From: Octopus vulgaris
Taxonomy: Eukaryota
Direction: 5' to 3'
Assembly: GCA_951406725.2 (NCBI GenBank)
Contig: OX597827.1
Coordinates: 42,036,001-42,100,000, forward strand
DNA: 64,000 nucleotides
Shown: positions 55,391 to 64,000 of the stretch, one piece after another
Position numbering within the stretch: the first letter of the stretch is position 1
Layout: every line of letters starts with the position of its first letter
Program-made: the position numbers and the translations under genes
Notes under the pieces: model-generated
What the model was told of the DNA's origin: nothing
The model's database searches: none
Seen by the model: only the letters and a program-made list of their open reading frames with translations

Positions 55391-56134
55391 TAGTAATCCC
55401 TCGACTATCGCGGGTGTTACATTCCAAAACACCCCGCAGTAGGTGAAAATCCGCGAAGTAGAAACAGTACTACACTATATATATTTTAATTATTCTTATA
55501 ATGTGGCTGTGTGGTAAGTAGCTTGCTGACCAACCACATAGTTCCGTATTCAGTCCCACTGCGTGGCACTTTGAGCAAGTGTCTTCTTCTGTAGCCTCGG
55601 GCCGACCAAAGACTTGTGAGTGGATTTGGTAGACGGAAACTGAAAGAAGCCTGTCGTATATATGTATATGTGTATATATATATATATATGTGTGTTTGTG
55701 TATCTGCTGTGTTTGTCCCCACAACATCACTTGACAACCTACTATAACCTCGGGCCGACCAAAGTCTTTGTGAGTGGATTTGGTAGACGGAAACTGAAAG
55801 AAGCCCGTCGCATATATGTGTGTGTGTGTGTTTGTGTTTCTGTGTTTGTCCCCTCCCCCAACATCGCTTGACAACCGATGCTGGTGTGTTTACGTTCCCG
55901 TAACTTAACAGTTCGGCAAAAAAGAGACCGATAGAATAAGTACTAGGCTTACAAAGAATAAGTCCCGTGGTCGAACTGTTCGACTAAAGGCAGTGCTCCA
56001 GCATGGCCGCAGTCAAATGACTGAAATAAGTAAAAGAGTAAAAGAATTTGTATATATTTATTTTACAGAGGAATCGACGTAAGCTTAAATAATAAACCGC
56101 GGTAAGTGTACCGCGATATGGCGAGAGATTACGG
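55391..56134. mobile_element. Tigger/pogo-like MITE containing a SINE A (55503-56046), itself inside a SINE C
   Basis: TA|TAGTAATCCCTCGACTATCGCGG ... CCGCGATATGGCGAGAGATTACGG|TA. Confidence 0.75.
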
Positions 56135-56893
56135 TACGAGTACAACTCACTTTTGCCCGTTGAGTGGACTGAAGTGACGTAAAATAAAATAAAAATGTCT
56201 TGCTGATGGACACAACGCGTCGCCAGGAATCGAACCCGCAATCGGAAGCCGAATAGAGTAACCACTAATCCACGTACCTTTCGAAGATTGATAAGGGTAC
56301 AAGGTAAACACTAAATGAAATATTTCAGAAGCAAAAGATAGGATGGTCACGACTGGATAGTCAGCAATTCATTCTCGCGACAAATATGAGCGTAGAAAGC
56401 TCTAAAACAGAAATTTATCTTTGTAGAAATCGACAAAATATTTAGAATAAAAAACAGTGCGAATTTGGAAAAAATGGTGGAAAATACACGCACACAAATA
56501 CACACACATACATATACAGGTATGTATATATGTATATATATACATACACACACACACGCACACACGCACATACACATACAGTATATATGTATGTATGTAT
56601 GTATACATACATACAAATATGTATAAATATCTGCAGAACTATATATGGATATATGATTATATATGTAGGTATAATTCTATGTATTTATAAGAATATACAT
56701 ACACACAAGCACACGCGATGGGCACACACCCCGCGCGCGCACGCACACACATATTCTCCAGGCGCAAATTAAAATACATCACTTTATTTAATGGATAAAT
56801 TGCACAACATTAAAAATGGTGCTATTACAAACGTAGGAAGTTCCAAAGACCTCTAAGACATATACATACTTCCATACGTGCAACATACATACA

Positions 56894-56929
<36 letters not shown>

Positions 56930-56943
56930 TATATATAAATAGA

Positions 56944-56978
<35 letters not shown>

Positions 56979-57015
56979 TATATATAGATGTATATATATA
57001 TATATATATATACAC

Positions 57016-57047
<32 letters not shown>

Positions 57048-57054
57048 GTATGTG

Positions 57055-57109
<55 letters not shown>

Positions 57110-58667
57110 GTGTGTGTGTATACGCACACATACATATATAATAGATAGAGAACATAATACAGAAGCCAATTATATAAGTATAGCATACCTCCGGCCCAAC
57201 ATATTGATTTTCTGCTACACGAATTAAATTCCATCTACCTGTGGGACACAAAGTAAATAGGAACTGTCCCTATACCTGTTTCAGCAAAGAACGGTAATCA
57301 AAACGAACTCATTTTCCTGATTACTTATAGCACCAAAATTCTGTTAACATGCCAAAAAATAATGTTATCTCATTAAAACATAGATATTTTAGCGTACAGA
57401 TGTATGATACAGGGTCGGCGGCTACCGTTGGAAGATAGCAGCTCAGCGTGATCATTCATTTGCTCTTGACAAATGCGTTTTAGACCCGAAATATTCAGAT
57501 TATAATGTAAGAGTGTAAGATGCTGTTTTATGGCGCTTTTTGTTTGTTTTTGTTTCTGAATTCACTCCTTTATTTCTCACTTGTTTTGTCAGTGGCTTTG
57601 TAAAACAACTTTAACTCTGTCTCACAAAGATGTATATAAAGTATACTACTTCAATATATCATATTATATTATATTATATTATATTATATTATATTATATT
57701 ACATTATATTATACATACGTGGGAAACCAAAATCAATACAGCTTTATAATACGTTTCTTAATACAATAAACCAAACAAGCCATTAACACAGTTTATTAAA
57801 GCAAAGCTATAGAATTCAGCTTTATTATAACATTAAATTGTTAAAAGAGCCTTTCTTTCTCCTATTGCGAATTTTACACGATATAATAAATTATGCATTG
57901 CATTCTAGAGTTCAGCTTCTATAAATTCATTTGTTCCCTGGAGCTGCTCTATTGTTCATCAATTTTTTTTTGTTTCCACTTTCTATTGTTTGAGCTCTTT
58001 GCATACCACATATTATAGCAAAGCCTTGCAATAGATCCGTCGTAGAGCCGTTGTATCGAGCGAGAAACTGATGAGATGCTTGCATGTCACAACCCATTTA
58101 TAAATTTTGCATCCTTTCTTGTGCTTTCTTAGACAACAGGAATTATGGAAAAAGAAAAAAGATCTTCAAGAAAAGTAGGTTCGATAGTACGGCTTTCGTC
58201 TTTGTGTTTTTGTTCCTTGAAAATAGTTACATGAAACACAATATGGTGTTATATAAGTGAAAGGGATTTGTATTTTTGGGAAATGAAAAAGCAACATTTT
58301 ATAAGCTAGTGATATTGCAGTGGTACTATCAATATTACATATAGTTGACGTGGCGAGCAGGCAGAATGGTTTACACGCTGGGTAAAGTACTAAGCGGTAT
58401 TTCGCCTGTCATTACGTTCTGGTGTTCGAATTAGGCCCAGATCGATTTGCCTTTCATCCTCTCGGTGTCCTTTTCGGGGCCAATAAAATATGCAACATCT
58501 GAACACTGAGGTCGATGTAATCGACTTGCCGCCTCTCCCGAAATTGCTGGTACCTGTGCCAAAATTTGAAAGCAATATTTATTTCTTTATTGCCCACAAG
58601 GGGCTAAACATAGAGGGGACGTGTATGTATGTATGTATGTATGTATGTATGTATGTATGTATGTATG

Positions 58668-58699
<32 letters not shown>

Positions 58700-59357
58700 C
58701 ACAGAGGAGACAAACAAGGAGAGAAAAGACGGCGAGCTGGCAGAATCGTTAGCACGCCGGGCGAAATGCTTACACAGAATGTAGAAAGTAACGTAACACC
58801 AATGACTATATAATCCAACCAAAATATCTAAGTTACACAAACGTAAATGGAATAACCTTAAAATACATTGTACATATTCAAAGAAACTTCTTGGTTTAGT
58901 AGTACGGAACGGTTTTCCGGTATTGTTTTATTATTTTACTTGTTTCAGTCATTTCACGGTGGCCATGCTGGAGCACCACCCTTTAGTCGAAGAAAGTTAC
59001 CCATGGACTTATTGCCTGTAAGCCTGGTGCTTTTTTATTAGTCTCTTCTGCTGAACAGCTAAATTACAGGGACGCAAACGCACCAACATCGTTTGTCAAG
59101 CAATGGTGGTGGTGGGATAAACACACTCACAAACATATATACATACATACATACATACATACATACATACACACAAATATATATGGCGAGCTTGGAGATG
59201 GTGGTGATGCTGGCTTGTGCGATTTTGTGGTTTGTTGATATGACGAGAAGATCCATTGGGCCTCTAGCTGGTTCCCCGATCTTAAAGGTGTAATGTGTAT
59301 GTGTAATGATGGAGCGGCTGGTGTGGTGGTGATGCTATCTGGTGCGGTGGTCTTCCT

Positions 59358-59660
59358 CAGTACTTCATGGCCAACGATATTTTGTGAGTATGTCACGCCA
59401 CGTTTTTGGCATTGTCTGTTATCCCAATTGAGTGTCATATCTCTTACTTTAATATTGTTCATAGCTCGTGCTCTTGAAAATATGACACATAATTGGCCAT
59501 GAGAAAATACCAGTTGAGGCAAATGTATTCCAACTTTTTCAAATGTTTGCCCTTGAACCTTATTAATTGTCATTGAATATCCAAGTCGAAGTGGAAACTG
59601 TAGTCTGTTTAGTGTGAATGGAATATTTGCATCACTTGGGCTAAGTTTAATAATGGGAAT
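59358..59660 (-). pseudogene. Helitron Pif1-like helicase C-terminal fragment
   Basis: PFTLNRLQFPLRLGYSMTINKVQGQTFEKVGIHLPQLVFSHGQL...SRAR...NIVGHEVL. Confidence 0.88.
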
Positions 59661-59849
59661 TTCTTTCCGTTTCTTCTGGCATGCAGTTGTTGAAAATTTC
59701 TGGATACAAATGTACAAATTGAAATGCAAAAGAACGAAATAATAAATGGATTTATGAATGAAAGTTTGGTAATTGCGTTTATTTCCACCAAGCGACACTT
59801 ATTGCAGACATGTTTTAACTAACCCATACTATATACACACGCAAATACA

Positions 59850-59886
<37 letters not shown>

Positions 59887-59888
<2 letters not shown>

Positions 59889-60215
59889 CAATTGCAGCGT
59901 GGAAGGAAGGTGTTTATAAGCCATTTAAGAAACACTCAAAGAGCGTTAGATTCACTTCAACATTTAAATTTAATTTGCCAAAATATTTTCGTCACTTTGA
60001 GACCGTGGCCTGTTCACTGACAAAATTCCGTGCTGCATTTGAGCAGCTCAGACGCAGCACGGAATTTTGGCAAATTAAATTTAAATGTTGAAGTGAATCT
60101 AACGGTCTTTGTGTGTTTCTTAAATGGCTTATAAACACCTTCCAAGCTGCAATTGTTTTCGTTCCACCACACGATCTCAGATCAGATCACTTGCTATGCA
60201 AGTACATCTCCATAA
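59887..60215. mobile_element. Palindromic element, family P2
   Basis: Arms 59887-60044 and 60046-60157, unpaired tail to 60215; in (TA)n; the right arm lacks the HHR. Confidence 0.85.
59975..60023 (-). ncRNA. Type I hammerhead motif with G3:C8 core
   Basis: Minus strand TTGTCA-GTGAACA-g-GCCAC(ggtctcaaa)GTGAC-GAAAATATT-T-TGGCAA. Confidence 0.55.
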
Positions 60216-60227
60216 TATATATATATA

Positions 60228-60430
60228 AAGTTAATCCAAACACGAAAACAAAAAACACAACAACGCAAGGACGTGGAACAAATAAAGTATTATTGGACGC
60301 TCAGGAAAGAAGGGAAGAAGGAGGGTTTAACGTTTCGAGCGGAGCTCTTCGTCGGAAACATAGGAGAAGGAAAGATCCCGAGAAGGGAAGACAGAGGGAA
60401 AAAAATCGCCGGTGGTACTCACGAGGTCAC
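60228..60430 (-). mobile_element. Family P5 terminal element with minimal HHR (60325-60359)
   Basis: Homologous to 25040-25236; minus strand GTTT-CCGACGA-a-GAGC(tcc)GCTC-GAAACGTT-AAAC; ends GGATTAACTTT(AT)n. Confidence 0.7.
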
Positions 60431-60530
60431 ATACTGAAAGACGTAAGTAGTAAGGTAGAAGAATAATAATGTTTTTTAAAGACAGGAGAATTTATCAAAG
60501 ACAGTATGGTAAAGAAAGTGAGAAGGGAAA

Positions 60531-60582
<52 letters not shown>

Positions 60583-60583
<1 letters not shown>

Positions 60584-60750
60584 CGGGAACATTTACGAAA
60601 ATAAACAAAAGACGAAGGCAGGTGGAGTACAAACAAACAAATGTATTAGTATAGCGCTCAGGGATAGAAATAGAAAAAGTCTTTTACGTTTCGAGCCTAC
60701 GCTCTTCGACAGAAAGATACACAGAAAAAAATAAGGAGAGAAACAAGGAG
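60583..60750 (-). mobile_element. Family P4 terminal element with HHR-like motif (60680-60717)
   Basis: Minus strand TCTTT-CTGTCGA-a-GAGC(gtag)GCTC-GAAACGTA-AAAGA. Confidence 0.65.
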
Positions 60751-61769
60751 GTAGAGTACTCAGCCATTTGTGAGCTAATTTTATTTTCGTGTGATAATGA
60801 AAAGTGAAATTGACAGCCAATATTTGCTGTGTCTCTGTATCTATGTATGAATTGTCTCTCTCACTTTCTTTCTCTTTCCCTTCCTTTGTGTCCCACTTCT
60901 CTCCCGCTTTTAATTAAACAATGTGTATATTATCTATGTATCTACATCTCTTGCGATGTGATAAACATTTAAAAATACAAAACAAACGCCGTCACCACTC
61001 ACTGTCTCTTTCATTCCTTCTCTCATTCTCTCTCACTCTCTCTTTCTTTCTCACACTCTCTCACTCCCTCTCTCTTTGTCTCTTACTTCCTCTCTCTCCT
61101 TCTCTCTCTCGCTTTGCCATTTCAAAGAAGTGTGACGCACACAACAGTTACGTACAAAAGCAAAAAGTTATCGTATTAATATTATATATGTGTGTATGTG
61201 TGTGTGTGTGTTTTGTATGTGTGGCTTTGTGTTTGTGCGTCACCCATCGCCGCTTGACAACTCGTCTTCGTGTGTTTACATTCCCGTAACGTAGCAGTTC
61301 GTCAAAAGAGTCCGATAGAATCAGTACTCGGCTGGAAAACTATAAGAACTAGGGTTGATTCATTCAGCTAAAAGTTCTTCAAGACGATGCCCCAGCATGG
61401 CCACAGTCTAATGACTGAAACAAGTAAAAGATGAAATGATAATGCATCTACGTTCGGTAAGAAGACACCGGAAACGGTTTGTCAACTTCGTTCGCAGAGG
61501 TCACTGAAATAGTAACTGCATTAAGGACACCGTCGCAAGGCAGAAAGACCTGGAAACAATTAATCTGCATATAGAAACTCCCTCCCTCCCTCTCCCCGTC
61601 TTGTTCTCTTCTCTCTCTCTTCTCTCAATTACTGAACTATACAACATCGATGAAGAAAAATAGGAAAAAAGGAAAACAAACATTCCACGAATGTCTAATA
61701 ACTTGTAATTATTTTCCTTCCTTGGGAAATGTCTCGTTTCGTAAACAATTATCAATTTAGCGTAATCTA

Positions 61770-61901
61770 CAGGGTGTCCCAAAAAAATGTATACACATAG
61801 TGGTTCGGCAAAAGAGAACGATAGAATAAGTACTAGGCTTACAAAGAATAACAAATTTACAATTATTTAAGGTGTGTATACATTTTTTGGGGGACACCTT
61901 G
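61770..61901. mobile_element. Mariner-type MITE with an internal SINE A fragment
   Basis: TA|CAGGGTGTCCCAAAAAAATGTATACAC ... GTGTATACATTTTTTGGGGGACACCTTG|TA. Confidence 0.8.
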
Positions 61902-62622
61902 TATATACCTCGAATGAAGTAATGCTGGCAATTTCTCATAATAATGAAATGGTGCTAGACATGATTACGTGAGACCAGATAATTAAAGATCTTTGTGAAG
62001 CGTTGAGCCCGAAAAGACATTACATTTGTACTTTCTACACAACTTCTATGTTCTTCGATATTAATTCATACTTTTACTTCTACCAACGTTTATCTACGAA
62101 TAATTAATTCCCATACACTATCTTGCCCCAGGGAACGCTACCGATTCAATTTATAATATATAATATAGTCTATTGACTAATTTTTCTATACGCTAGGCCA
62201 CTGGTAGTAAATATTTCTCAAATCTTTATTACCCTGATATTACTAATTACGTATACTGATTTCTGGAAGATTCGCTCGAATAAATTGCCGGCATCTTTTT
62301 TCTCTCGACAAAAAACTGCGCTTGCGCGGTGGATTTCAAAAAATTAAAATGTATAAGTAAGAGGCACATACTGGATTGGCCTCGTGTATATATGTTTAAT
62401 CTTGGCGTACCTGTTGACGAAGACTTCGCCTAGCAAATTATTTTATTTTATTTGCTAAAATAAGTCAGAAACCATGGTTCAGGAAATATATGGTAAATGT
62501 TTTTTATTTTTCATTCCCTCGAGAATTTATCTCTAATTAGTGGTCTGGACTCTAGCTGTTCCTGTTAGTGTAAGGGATTCCTATGATGGAAATCTCTTAA
62601 TGAGTTTAAATGTACACTGTAT

Positions 62623-62674
<52 letters not shown>

Positions 62675-62676
<2 letters not shown>

Positions 62677-62832
62677 ACGGATTTCTTTCAGTTTCCGTCA
62701 ACTAAATCCACTCACGAGGTTTTGGTCAGCCAGAGACTATAGTAGAGGACACTTATCCAAGATGTTATGCAGTGGGACTGAACCCGGAACCATGTTGTTG
62801 GGAAGCAAGCTTTTTATGATACAGCCACGCCT
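62675..62832 (-). mobile_element. SINE family A 5' half
   Basis: Reverse-complement match. Confidence 0.7.
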
Positions 62833-63274
62833 GGACAAATATATAATTGATTTTTTTGACGTTAAGGCTCAAAACAAAATTTTTAGAGATTTCTTTAGCA
62901 AATATTGCTAATTTGTAATAAAGGAACAATACTATCTTTACCCCATTCTGAATTATTTATTGAAATTCTTGTCTAATCTTTCCTCCGAAAAGTGTTAAAA
63001 TACAAAATTTTGTTTGTCCCTCGCCTTATATTTTAAATTATTATTTTAATTCATACTTTGCGGACGTCGACATATAAAAGTTCAACTTAAACAGCATCCG
63101 TATTGATCAAGCTATTCTAAGGACAGGCGTCCTGCAAAGGTCAAGAGTACCAGCCTTCCATCACCACAAACCAGGAACAATCAATCAATCAATCAATCAA
63201 TAAGTCAATATATTTTTATAGAAATCAATGAAGCAAGCAGACAATTATTCTATATGTTTGTGTATATATATATA

Positions 63275-63334
<60 letters not shown>

Positions 63335-63716
63335 GTATATATACATATACGTATTCATATATATGTATACGTGTATAATGTAAATGTACATATGTGTGTA
63401 TATATGTGTGTGTATATGTGTGAGTATATGTGTGCATGTATATATGTTGTATGTATGGATGTATGTGTGTGTGGGTGTGTGTATGTGTGTGTGTCTAGCA
63501 ATCGGATAAGTTATTCTATCTATCTATATATATATATATTACTGAGACAGCGATTTTGTGGATATCTTCTCTCTTGCACTCTCTCTCTCTCTTACTTACT
63601 AAATGTGTTATGTGTGTACATATGTATATATACATATATAAATATGTAGATATATATGCATATATATGTAGATATATATATGTATATATATATATATGTA
63701 CATATGCATATATATA

Positions 63717-63807
<91 letters not shown>

Positions 63808-64000
63808 CATAGTATATTTAATGCGTGTGTACATAGTATGTTACCAAGATAGCTACCACTCAAGACAATTGAAAAATGTCTGTACAGGACACTACATATA
63901 CATCCTCCATTCTTCTTTCGCATGGCATCGTTTTAATCATTTCTCTACCCATCCCTCCCTCCTCCCACTCTTCCCACTCTTCCTTCCTTCCTACCTTCCT

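Noticed and set aside
58067-58090. CTGATGA followed by hairpin GATGC/GCAT
   Set aside because: No GAAA after the hairpin and no stem I or III; chance match.
59127-59798. 223-aa ORF as a host PIF1 gene
   Set aside because: Only about 100 aa match the helicase C-terminus, with a Helitron-type ending; the flanks are unrelated repeat sequence.

Overview
Eukaryotic, AT-rich, gene-free window made almost entirely of microsatellites, SINEs and decayed transposons. The very high microsatellite density plus these tRNA-derived SINE families suggests a coleoid cephalopod (Octopus-like) intron or intergenic region; this is inference. No intact host exon was found, and nearly all listed ORFs are translations of simple repeats. 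Recognisable relics: four SINE families (A-D, my labels), R4/Dong-, L1/Tx1-, Hero- and CR1-type LINE fragments, several Tc1/mariner elements, hAT and Chapaev3-like transposases, a Helitron helicase fragment, MITEs and a possible solo LTR. The most interesting signal is a set of non-coding, often palindromic elements in (TA)n tracts carrying hammerhead-ribozyme (HHR) motifs that read outward from the palindrome centre, resembling Penelope-like or retrozyme termini. Different families appear to use C3:G8, G3:C8 and U3:A8 core pairs. A further HHR in a Hero-like LINE 3' UTR has its three strands in a non-circularly permuted order. All folds were derived by eye, and coordinates of decayed elements are approximate.
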